Positions 12,922 to 24,993 of a stretch of DNA of 64,000 bases are shown here, one piece after another; the stretch's first letter is position 1, and each line of letters starts with the position of its first letter. The DNA is from Sphagnum compactum. Taxonomy: Eukaryota. The DNA lies in contig OZ234494.1 in NCBI GenBank assembly GCA_965153455.1, forward strand, positions 4,030,001 to 4,094,000. The letters run 5' to 3'. The position numbers and the translations under genes were made by a program. The notes beneath the pieces were generated by a model that had not been told where the DNA came from, did not search any database, and saw nothing but the letters and a program-made list of their open reading frames with translations.

Positions 12922-13319
12922 TCTATTTATGAAGGAAGGTAGTTTGTTTTGTAGTTATGAGATCCACCAAACCGTGATGCTTCAGATTGTGTTCTTGATG
13001 TCTTTGGAAAGCATTCCATGACATTTGGAATTGTGGTGCAAAAGTTTTTGAATATTGGATGAGTTCTTCATTGAAAATTAAACTAAATGGTAGCTAAAAG
13101 TTTCAGAGCTATTGGATTGTGCCTTTGGTGTTAGAAAGATCTTGATGACCAGGATTTAATGGAATTTATTTGGTATGATTTGGATTCAGAATGTGAAAAA
13201 TATTGATTTTAAGTGATTTCTGCCGCTGAAAAATCAAATAAATTCCAAAAAACCAGGTTTTGGAAGGAAAAATCAGTTGAGGACGAATTCACACTTGGGC
13301 TAATAGCACAGGCCACTAT
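12922..13319 (+). mobile_element. Family B non-autonomous Helitron-like element
   Basis: Begins A|TCTATTTATGAAGGAAGGTAG and ends tgggctaatagcacaggccactat. Homologous to 28627-29070, 51850-52480 and 61858-62200. Confidence 0.75.
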
Positions 13320-13376
13320 TACTGCTCAAAACAAGTTTCTCCAATGCCTCTATCACAAGTTTGGGACAAAGCCAAC

Positions 13377-13680
13377 AAGGTGTGTGTCGTAATGTGGCCT
13401 TGCCATTTACATTAAAAAATATCTTAAGGCAACAGAAGAATTATGAAAATTCAAATATTTCACCATGAAAAAATATAATCTTCAAAAAAAATTCTAAAAG
13501 AAACTAAAATCCTTCAAGATATCATAACTTTATAACTAATCTCAAGTTTCAACACAAGCCAAAATATCATCTTCAAAAATCCTCATATAAAAATAGACCT
13601 ACTACCTAGGGGCCAACATCCCTTAAGTTACTATACTCTATAATGTATCTGAACACAATATCCGTAGGCAAGGCCAACCA
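13377..13680 (-). mobile_element. Family A copy, near complete
   Basis: Both subterminal inverted repeats are present (tggccttgcc ... ggcaaggcca). Confidence 0.85.
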
Positions 13681-14885
13681 ACTATGGAGCATTGGGGGCA
13701 TTGTTGAACCCTTTGCTAGTCTAGTATCAACTTGAGTTTGGTCCTAGTATTGAGTACTATTATTCTTTTTGAACCAGCATGGTCTTTGGATTATGTATTT
13801 TTGAAAAGTCTCATACCAACATGATCGGCACATTGGGTTTAAGGGTCACTTAGGGTCCAAGGACCAAAAGCCTAAGGACCAATTTGAAGCAAATTGAACC
13901 TTGTATTGGACCCTTTTTCACATTTAAAAAACATTTTTTCCCAAGGTATAATGAGTGTGTTTAAATGTTTGGGGTTCAATTCGAAGGTCCAATATCAAAA
14001 ATGTGGGATTGGCATGTGAGAAGATTAAGTTAATCGTCATTATTATTATTTTTCTTCTTTTTTTCCATGGTTTGAATTTAAATTTTTTTTAAATTACTCT
14101 CACTACACAACGGATGAACATAGGCACAAGATACCACAATTTTTTTTCCAAGTGCTTTTTTTTGGAATGGAAATCAATTTAGGCATTTCTTGTAAATTAA
14201 AATCTCCTTTCACTTTTGAAAACTGGCACTTCAACTTTTCACTTTTTGTCTCACCTTTCAATTCACTTTCATTTCGTGCACTTAGAAAGGTTAAAAATGC
14301 AGTTCTAACAACCACCTTGTGAGAATCCATAAAATCAGTCATGTCAACTTTAAAATTGGTCTAAAATGGGGGAGCTGCAACAATATCCTCAATCAATTGC
14401 ATGTTTTTCATTCTCATAGAATTTGAGCAACAAGGATAAAAGAAAACAATGTGAAAATAAATAAAACAAAGAAATGAGCAACCTGTGGGCTTCGGTCCTC
14501 CAAACCATGAGCAACAAAGAAATGAGCAAACCTTGGACCCTAGCTTACACTTTTTTTCTCTAATCTATGAACAACAAAGAAATGAGCAATCTTGAACCCT
14601 AGCTCCTTTAAACTCTTTTTTTTTGGTCCAAACCAATTGATTTCTCTCCAAAATGATGCCATGTAAGCTAAATCACAATCTAATTTGTCTTGGTCCTGTA
14701 CCCTTGTCTTAAAGGCCTTGGTACCAATTTAAAGCTCTTGACCAATAGGAATGCTCGATTTTTTGGACCCTGCTCCTTGGACCCTTGTCTAAAGTGGACC
14801 TAAGACTGATTGTTGACTAGTATGAGGCAGGTGTATACCCCTTATTGAAACTAGTACAAAACTGGTACAAGTCGGTATTACCTAA

Positions 14886-15242
14886 GAGCATCTCCCCCGA
14901 TGCTCAGTATGTGATTCTGCACTGGAAATATCGTTTGTGGTTCATCAGTTGAATCCAGTTAATCCACTAGAAGACTAATGGGACCCTGAAAAGAATGCAC
15001 ATCTTTTCAGAGCCCTGGAAGAGTTTAATAAACACAATCAAATTGCATTTATTGACTTCTCCATGTTGCTGTTCAGATAGATAGTTTGATTGGTCCAAGT
15101 GGGTTGCTGTTAGCAGTCTCCCTCCTACTTGCAGTCCCAGATCCTATTTCATGGATGGGGGTTGGAAAAAAGTTAATAACTAAAACTTGGTTGCGATAAA
15201 CAATTTTGCAGGGTCACATACTGAGCATTGGTGGAGATGCTC
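14886..15242. mobile_element. Tourist-like (PIF/Harbinger) MITE, 357 bp
   Basis: TIRs gagcatctcccccgatgctcagtatgtga / tcacatactgagcattggtggagatgctc; TAA on the left flank. Confidence 0.85.
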
Positions 15243-16822
15243 ACTACCACGTTGGTACTTGAAAATGGTATGAGGCTAACCTCAGGTTATGTAAGCCTGG
15301 TAGGCTCCTTGCCACCACTGCGAATACCAATGTTGATAGTTGATACTGTGCAAGCCGAATACCAATGTTGATAGTTGATAACATGCACAGGCCTATATGT
15401 ATACAAGACCAACACTGGACAAGACAGTATCATTTAGACTTCACTTAATCAGTCTATTTTTAACAGGACTTGGATTTGAAACAAGCTTCCAAGCACTGCA
15501 AAGATACTGTTAAGTATGGTACACAAGATTGGAAGTCGACTTCCTGATCTTCTGTATCAAGGAGCACTATTGAAAAAATCCAGCGGAATCCAACATAAAT
15601 TTTGTAGAGTAAGTATTCCCAATGATCACAACTAACCAAGGTCAGTGATTCATTACAAGGTTTCTAAAGTTAACTAGGTACCATCTATGCCTAGTAAGGT
15701 GTCTGATGTTTACTTAGTTGTACTACCCAAGTGCACCAACTTTCACTTCAAACCACATCAAGATTTCTTCCAGCAACCACCCCATTATTCACCAACTCTT
15801 ACAACTAACTACTCACTTGCAAGACATTGGCCAGTTCTAAGAAAGGACTGCACTCTATCAATATCACCAGAAGTCATGAGGCCACAAATCCAGGACTAAA
15901 TACTGAACTGCTCACTGAGGTCAGAAGATGAGATACTTACAGCCAAATAGATGATGGCAGCCGTTGCATAAGACAGCTATCCAGCAGTGTGAAACATAGA
16001 GGAACATCTGAAGTTCCAAATCCATTGTAGACAAAGTTAAATACAAAGTTAGTGAGAAGTATATTACAAGGCAGACACTATTTTATGACATGGGGGAGCC
16101 CCTGGTTTATACTCTACATATGAACCTCAATGCCTTGTTGCAGGGTGCAGCATCAGAGACCAGATGGTAGCTCTTTTCAGATAGTAATAGGGGCTTGCTG
16201 GCTGACAGATATCTAAAGGCCATCATCAACAAACTGAAAGGCCAGCTGATCAGAAAACTATCCTAGATCACAAACTAAAAACAAAAAGTGGTGCTATAAA
16301 GAGTGACAAAATCATTTGACCATCCTTCCCTACACCATACAGACAAGATGATATCTACCCAAACCTACTTGAAAGCAAATGAAGTTACAGAAATACAACC
16401 ACCAAAGATTCAAATCTACAGAGGCTGCAACAATTGATGACCACCAAGGCCCCTGCCTAACCACCACCTGTGGATGTCCTATTCTAAGATGACTGCAGAA
16501 GCTGTGGTCACACACCAAGAATGATTAGTTCATTGCCAAAAGCAACTGCAAATGTCACTGGGAGCTAACTCCTGCACATCAGATGCTTCCTTGTTGAGTG
16601 TACATCTTGAACTCAGAAGATGTGTGGAACTGCCCTCCATATCATGCCACGCACATAAAAAAACCGCTAACATTGCTGTCCTGAATTGCACTTGAGAGTG
16701 GTCCTAAACTATGTGTCTGCTGATCTCACCAGAGGCTTCAGCAGCTCCTGCTTATGTCAAAGAAGTCAGTGTAAACATCTTGTCATGAGGGCAAAAAATT
16801 AACCCACCTCTAACATGTCAAC

Positions 16823-19800
16823 TCATTCATCCTCAACCTCTTCCAACTGTGCCCGCCTCGCAGCTGCCTGCTTGCGAACAAAGATACCCCAACGTAATGC
16901 TGCCTTAAGTTTTAACCAACCAACAAAGGCCTTGCCATTTGCACGGGTTTCCTGTGATGTTACAGTGGGAACCCCAACTTGGGAGCCTGTGAAATTAAGA
17001 TCTTCCCCTGTGAAAGAGCCCTCTCCAGTATTGAACATCCGCAACAGCTGCTGGATCTGTGTGTGCATGTCCTCGTTTTCAAGAAACTCCAAGCTCCTAG
17101 CCCGCAGTTCATCTTCAGTTGGCAATTCTTCAACCATCAGACCTTGTGCATAGTTCTCCTGGGCACGAGACTGCCATTCGATTCCTCCAGATGAAGCATT
17201 CATGATCCCAGGAGCCAGAGCCAAAAATGCAGGGCTTGAGGTAGTTAGATCACTTTGTGGAGGACCCAAGGCCAAACCAGTCATGCCAGTGTTACCAACA
17301 TAGCTCTGTTGAGAAGAACTTGAAACAGCAGATTGTTGCCTTGACTCTATGTTGCTGTTCATTTGAAGTCCAGAACCCATCAGACTGTTCTCCTTGGGAT
17401 CTGGAAGCTGAGTTGATTGACCATATGCCTGGGTAACTAATGAGGTTGGATCATATGGAGGCATTGCTGCTCTACTACCTGCATTATGTGGCCAATCAGC
17501 TTGAAGTTCCTACAATGCTATATCCTAAACATGAGAATCACCACTTAAGTTTATGGAAAATCTAGATAACAAGGTGTAAAAGAGGTCAAACTATCACAAC
17601 CAAATAGTCTTCATGTTCAACTGATTCCAGTTAAGATTGGGACAGTGTGGTAAGGGTACAAACCAGTTGATGAGGTGGATGACCGGTGCTGCACAGAAGT
17701 AAGTGCTGGCTGCTGTGATTGATAAGTTTTTGATTGCTGGCTAGTACTCTCAGATTGTAGTGGAAGGGGACTTAGAATTGGAGCACTGATCGGATCTTCT
17801 GTGTGGATGTCCATTCCCTTTACAGCTGGGTAAGGTGTCACCCCAACCAGAGCCTCTCCATCATACTCTACAACATTTTCCCAGTTTTCATAGGCTACTT
17901 TCACCAGCTTGTCCACATAAACCTGCAAAAATATCTTCACAAGTACTGAGAACTTCTCCACACCTATAATTTTTGTCACCCTGAATGGAACTGAGAAATG
18001 ACTGAATAATAAGGTTATCAAAATTTAAGATCTGACAAAAGTCAGCAAACAGGAAAGGTTGGAAACCCTAAAGAGCCATGAAGAAAATCAACCAGAACAA
18101 AGCACACAGCTGCGACAAAGAGAGGAGAATTTGCTACACCAATGAAAACCTCAAAAGTGCATGGGACCTGGGAAAAAGAAAAACTGCTGCATCTAGAAAG
18201 AAACATCCTTGGGACAAGTCACTTGCCTTCTCACTATCTGAAAGGGAGTCAACTGACATATAGGAACCCTCAGCAATGAGGCCCATCAGTTGGAATATGT
18301 TGTTGAAGATGACACCAATGTTCTGCTTTTCATCAGCATAGTAAACATGTAGCTTGCCACTTAGCACACATGTCTTAGCATGCTCCACAGTTCCCTCCCA
18401 CATCTTGTTTGACATTCCAGTCCCCAATGTCTATTCCCAACACCCCCTTGAATCAGCCTTGTGCATAATAAAATGCATGTGAAAATTATATAACACCAAC
18501 TCCAAAAAATGACCTCTGTGCCACACATAAGATCCATGGCCAACAAGCATGCCAAAGAGATTTTGCAGGTGAAATTACATTGCGTAGCCTTTGAGGATCC
18601 ATGACAACCAGACGCAGGAAGTCCTCAACTGTCAAAATGTTAGCTTGGTTAAGGCGCTTGTGAAAAGCACCATCCTTCCCAATCTTGTCCAAGCGCCACA
18701 CCTCATCATGCAATGCTGGTGGATAGTGTTTCTTGTACACTGCACTCATACACATATCAGAAATGACATCAGCCTCACTGATTCCATCCAGACCTTTGTC
18801 AGCTCTTCAACCAGAACTCACCTCACCCTACATGCCTCATAATTGATTCAGTTGCACAAAACACATGCACGGTAGCTAGCTACTTGGATACTTCATGGTA
18901 AACAACCAGGGATTTGCCAGCTACATTTAGGATAGGGATGCTTAAGTATCAAAAATCCTTCGAAGTTTGAACGGCAGTGCTTCTATACACCAATCCCAAA
19001 GACAAACCTTGTACAAAGAACAAGATTGCTACAGCAGCTTAAGAAGCTGATTTTATCTGACAGTTTAAAACAGAGTTGATCTGATGGCAATACTTGGTCT
19101 CTGAACATCCACTAAAGGCTACTCCACAGAGACATCAGGTGCTCTCCAACTTCATGGCTGTCCCTGGCATATACAGCATACCTCTTGGGTCAAATATCAC
19201 AAACTAGTGTTTGACAGCAAAAAATGAGGATCATTTTTCAACAGACAGTTCACTTACATTCGCCTCGATGATCTTTCACAGTGAATGCATCAGTCTTTGC
19301 TTCCCTGATTCGCAGGCCTTCACAATTTCCTGAAGAGATCTTAACCGCCAATCGGAACTTGCGACTGCGGATCCAACTTGAATTGTCTGTGAATGTCAAG
19401 TCTCCCAGTGTTCCCACACCATCTTTCAGTGTAACAGACAGTTCTCCAGTTAGCAGTGGCCTCTTGCCATCTCTTTCCCTGACTTCAGCATTCTCAAACT
19501 CTGCCTGTGACCAGTTGTCTTCATCATCAACTGCAAAATCACCCTCCACGACGACAATATCCAATTTTGCACACGATTCTGGACCTGAAGTTATAACCTG
19601 GTTTGTGCTGGCATCCAGCAACACCACATGAATTGCAGTTCCTTGTTCTCCCTCTACTTTGCTTCCTGTGAATAGAGGGAGAGCTAACTTGTTCCTGAAC
19701 TGCAGGCGCAGATCTCGCTGGTCAGGCCCCTGTATCCTTTTTGGAGATGGGCTGCAACATGCAGTCAACACTAGAATTTAACATCTCAACAATCCACATT

Positions 19801-20585
19801 TACCAACCTCTTTCCCCCAACTACACACAGGTTCAAAGAACAGGCCTCAGACAAGGAATGCTTTGAGACATGAGGAAGAGACAACAGAAATTTTCTAGCT
19901 GTCAGCAATCTAACTGACTGCAAAGGGAATGACCACGATTTCAACATTACCGGAAACCTGGTTTAGGTGGCACAAACTTTGCAAGTGCACGCTCAACCTC
20001 CTCTCCCACCTGAGGATTTGTCAACCAAGTGTAATATTTAACACAATCTCCTCCTCCTATGCAAAAAAGGCTTGTTGAAAGAAAAAACCCCTAAATATTC
20101 ACAATATGAACCAAAAAAAAGGAAATAAACAGGACTGCAGAACTACTTACCACCCTGCGCAGTAGAGGTTCGAGGGTTGAGCACAGTTTCTGAAGACTAT
20201 CCATCTTCACTGCTTCAACAATGACACTGCAACAAGAGAATCCGTAATCAATATCATGCTGCAAAGTAATTTCTTCTTTGTACTTACAATTTAGCAGCAA
20301 AAAATCCCTAGAGAAGCTCCTGCAGTACGGACATGCAGAAAGCAAAGCAAATCCCACCCTGGAGCATTTATCCTATGAAAGACAAAGAGAACCAACAAAC
20401 GTCAATGTACAGTGCATGAAAATCCTCCAGCATGAATGTAGGAGCTGCAGTGAGGGTGAAGTAATGCTAGAGAAAATAGGGGTACAGAGTTCAGACCTCG
20501 CAAGAGCGGGCCGCTGTCTTTTCTCTTCCGGCATGCCATCGACTCTTGTGGCATCTCTCTCCAGCGGCCGCTTCTCCCTCGCCAT
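16823..20585 (-). CDS. CBP60: Calmodulin-binding protein 60 (CBP60b-type, C-terminal CaM-binding helix), 665 aa; exons 20585-20497, 20226-20151, 20009-19951, 19751-19258, 18739-18579, 18430-18227, 17922-17664, 17478-16823
   Basis: Motifs [72 protein letters not shown] and [20 protein letters not shown]. Exons sum to 1998 nt in frame. Confidence 0.96.
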
Positions 20586-21495
20586 GACTTCTCTAGACGC
20601 AGAGGTTTGAGCTAAAAAAGCCATGTTCAAAAGGTCAACCTCCTTCCTCCTTCGTCGAAAACTTCAATCTAGAATGCCTTGGAAAAGCAACAAACCGCGA
20701 AATTTCCAGGTGATAAAGGCACACAGCTCTTGTCCCTCGGTGTAGCTTGCAACCTTAACATAAGTCTCCACAACAAACTCTCTCTAGATTCTACGAAACC
20801 TCGCAACGACCGAGGATTTTTCAAACCCCAGCCCGGTCCGTTTAGGAAAGAGTACAGCTAAGATGGCGGCAGCTTCTACTCACGTCTAAATGTTTAGCAG
20901 CAAAAAGGGTGCTCCATTCTTGGATATCAACGAAGACTAGCAATTTTTCCTAATCTGTTCAGCGTTGTACAAGATTCTGTGTTATCCTTGAAATGTCTGA
21001 AAACCGTAAAAACGACATCCTGTCAACGCCAAGCGTTCTTAAGCTAGCCACCAGTGGAGATCAGAGAGCGCGCAGTAACGCAAACACGAACGAAAAAACA
21101 CAAACAGCTAGAAAAAATCCTAAGGTTCTCTCGGTTCTGTCGAGTCTTCAACGCCAACTCGTAGCAAAAGCACCAACAATCGATTAAACGCAAGAGGAAG
21201 ACCCGGACAAAAGGAGGAGGAGGAATAATAGTAATAATAACGTGCCTGAGCGTTGGAGGAGGTGAGAAAATAGTCGGTATTGTGCGGTGAAAACGAATGC
21301 ATGCGCCCGCGCGCGACCGACGACAGAGAAGGGGAAGAGTTTTTCCAAACCGCCTTTCTTTCGACCCTGGATTTTACAAGCTTTACGAAAAACAAGCGCT
21401 GCAAAAGCGTTGCAGGAAGCACCTTGGACTGCTTTTCCCGTGGTGGTCAGAAACCAGACCCCCGCCCCCAAAGGCCCCGGAGAAAGGAGGAAGAC

Positions 21496-22056
21496 GACGA
21501 CTGCACATGGATGAAAGTAGAGAGCATCAATGAGCTACGTAAGATATTGCTACTCAAACACAAGGTTCATCCACATAGGGCGCTATTTTATCCTATAATC
21601 ATCATCCCTGCAGGACCTATAGTTGGATGTTGCGCCATGACGACTATACATGGATGAAAGTAGAGGGAATCAATGAGCTGTGCAAGATATTTTTACTCAA
21701 ACAGAACGTTCATCCATATGGGACGCTATTTTAATCCGATAATCGTCAACCCTATATGAACTATACTTGTTGGATGTTGCGCCATGACGACTGCCCATGG
21801 ATGAAAGTAGAAGGACATCAATGAGTTGTGCAAGATATTTTTACTCAATCAGAACGTTCGTCCATACGGGACACTATTCTGTCCTGTAATTGTCCTCTAC
21901 ATTAACTACTGGTTGGATGTTGTCTCATGACGACTGCACATGGATGAAAGTTGGGAAGTAAGTGAGTTGCGCAAGATCTTTTTTACTCAAACACAAGGTT
22001 CATCCGCCTGGACCGCCATTCCGTCCGGTAATCCCGTTGGATGGTTGGTTGCGTCA
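21496..22056. repeat. Tandem repeat, ~143-147-bp unit, ~4 copies, upstream of CBP60
   Basis: gacgact..acatggatgaaagt at 21496, 21639, 21786 and 21929. Confidence 0.93.
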
Positions 22057-22362
22057 TCTTCGACGCCAGTCTTCGCAAGCGAGTGGACCACGTGAGTTCA
22101 TAGTTGCGTGTAAAAGCGGACCCCCGAGTTCGTAAAAACAATTTACGATGCAAAAAAAAAGGAAGTTCTTCGCTTCTTTTAACTTTAGGCTAGGGAACAC
22201 GCTCTCTAGCACGCGTTCTCTGGTACACCTGTAGCTTTACACCTACTAGAAATTAGCTTTGTGGTGTTAAAATCATTCAGTTGGGAGTGGGAACTTTGGT
22301 GGTGGTAGGGTACCTTGTGCCCATGGTCAACAAGCCACCCTAACAGTATTTAAGGGGCTTAA

Positions 22363-22630
22363 GAGAATCTCCACCGACGCTCAGTAAGTGGCTCTGCACG
22401 GAAAATTTTAGATGAGGTACTGCGGTCTCTAATCCACGGAATTGACTCGAACGCTGCTATAACCAATTAAAAAAACAAATGCACAGCTTTTATAGCCCTG
22501 ACGAGCCCTGGACGAGTCTGAAATTGTATTTAATGATTGTACTTCTGTTTTTGATTGGCTAGATAGTTTGATTGGTCCATGTGGGTTGCTATTAGTAGTC
22601 TCCCTCCTACAGTAGCCTAGGGTATTTTCC
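22363..22630. mobile_element. Truncated relative of the 14886-15242 Tourist-like MITE
   Basis: TAA|gagaatctccaccgacgctcagtaagtg terminus plus a shared internal block atagtttgattggtcca.gtgggttgct.ttag.agtctccctccta. Confidence 0.75.
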
Positions 22631-23398
22631 ACATTGACGAAACAAATTTTTATTTTTTTTCAAAAAATAAATTCTTTAAAAAAATTTACATTATATATAT
22701 TTTTCCATCATCTATGTACTATAATATTGTGATATGAGTAGTGAAATTATTCAGAATGTAGCCTCTAGTAATAATTATGATGATTTTCAACATGTCAACT
22801 TCATATTTTCACAAAATTTCATTTCACTAATTTTTTGAGGATTATTTAATGACGAAACTGACCTTAGGGTAAGCCTGGCAAAGCAAGATGGAATTCCCTC
22901 AGTTGGTAATAGGAGTCATGAGGAGCCTGTTCCCAAATGTAACCAGTGTTCCCCATTGTCAATTCACATCTAAAGTGTGTTCCCAACCACCATGGATTTC
23001 GGTCACAAGTGGAACTGGCACAACCAAACGTGATGGTGACCAAACAAGTGGTTCCGGTGCCGTCTTTTCCTGATTTTACAGATAACTTTAATATCCTACG
23101 GACAATAACCCCCAACCAAAAATTATTGCGCCCAAATACACAAAATTGCAAATGTGTGGTGATGGGGGAAGGGGTCTGGGTAAAGGGGAGAAATCCAGCA
23201 AAATCTTCACACAATTTTCCTCTTTGCCCTTTATATATTTATTTATTTATTTATTTAAATTTAAATTAATTTAATTTAATTATTTATTTTTGGCTCCTTG
23301 AACCATGGTGAAATTGGGCAATTTTCCACCCTTCAAAAAAACTTGCTTCATATTAGAATAGATGAAACTTGAGAAGTCAAATGTTCATGGGTAGAAAT

Positions 23399-23671
23399 CA
23401 GGGTTTTTTTTTTCAACTTCCTCAAGTAGGTGCACTAGCTAGGATCCTCAGCATTAAATGGCGACTGTCCTGGTGAACAAGTAGATTTTTTTGGAATCCT
23501 GCCTAGTTTTGGCGACCTGTAGTAACACACTGTCTAAATCTGGCGACTTCTAGCTTTTTTTTCCTCAAAATAAGGCGATTTTTTTTTAATTTCCAAATTT
23601 TCCTTTGTTAGATTCGCCAGCCCTTTTTTTTGGTCGCCAAGTGGCGAAAATTCGCCACAAAAACAAACGCT
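23399..23671 (+). mobile_element. MITE-like family D copy
   Basis: Ends cagggtttttt...aaacgctg; internal homology to 1615-1850 (inverted). Confidence 0.55.
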
Positions 23672-24421
23672 GGTACTAGTAAGAGGGCTACTTCAATGAG
23701 TTATGGTCATGGCTTGAATACTTACTAAGTGTTAGGGGTTTGGACCAAAACCCTAACTTCCTCCTTCCATCCTTAGATTGTCTTCAATGTAGGAGGCGAC
23801 AAATTTATGGCGAGCCCTGAAAAGCTCTCTTGTTTATGTGTAGGGCAAAGCCCTAGGTTGGGTGGCATGTCCAAAATGGGGCTTAGGATAAGGCTATGGA
23901 ATGGCAAAATGGCTTAGTACCACTGGTTATAACATATTATAACCCATGATATGGAGCATGCTCATAATGAGAACCTTGGTTAGTCTGAGTATTCATGGAA
24001 AGCCCTTGTCATAAGAATATTTTTTAAAATATCCTCGGTCTCTTTGACCATAGTAATGAGAATATTCCATTATCAAGGGTTAGATAGCCCAGGCTTTTGA
24101 GAATATTCCTCATAATTAGGGAACTAGTGATCTCATTTTAAGTCATTAACACCTTCACCTTAACAAATGGTGAAGAACACTGGTTGGTCAATGTGGTGAA
24201 ATAAGAGACATTTTCATATTGCATGAGAGTTCCAAAAGTAGGGATTATGGCACAGAGCAGGAGAGGGTAAGTTATGAGGTTCAACCAACTAATGACCAGT
24301 GCAAAAAGGGTCTTTGGGAGGGAGCCAAATGTCACAAGGTAGCCAAATATGTAATATAACTGCAGATCTCTTATCCAATGGCATGCTATCCGATTAGCGC
24401 TCCCTATTGGACAACCTTAGA

Positions 24422-24640
24422 TCAATTTTGTTAAAGTGGCAATCGTCCATAGGGAGACATAGCCAAATTTGACTACAAGCTAAATATGAACGTAATTTTT
24501 AGAAACATTCATCTATTTTTGGCTACCCACTTGAACCATGTACAAAAATCCTGGTGTTTTTTTTCTTAAATTTTGGTGGAATTATGGCTATTGAAAACCT
24601 CCAGAAACACTTGCTTTTAGCACTTTTAATTTTTAGTTTT
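24422..24640 (+). mobile_element. Single arm of foldback family C
   Basis: Matches the left arm of 44695-45279 (aaagtggcaatc...tagccaaattt.gctacaagctaaatatgaa...gaaccatgta...ggctattgaaaa). Confidence 0.8.
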
Positions 24641-24993
24641 TAATTCTGGTTTTAAAAAATGTGAATGAAAAAGAAAATAAGATAATCTCGCCTACGGTAC
24701 TCACCGTGCGGTAACCGTGCGGTAACCGTGCGGTCGGCTCTCTCCGGCGGCACGCTTCCCCCTTCCGCCGCCTCCGTGTCTCGCCCCCGGCAGTCGTGTG
24801 CGTCCGAGCGGGGGTTTCAGGAAAGAGCACTTTTTTCTGAACAAGCTTTTGTTGGAGCACGGAGAGAGGAGAATTATGGGTGGTCTGCACAACATCTAGG
24901 TTCTGGACCATTGCCCTAGCTTTTGTTTTTCAGCTCCAGAAGACAGCAGAGAAGAGGAGGAGACCGAATTTATTCTCTCTTCTCTTTCGAAGC

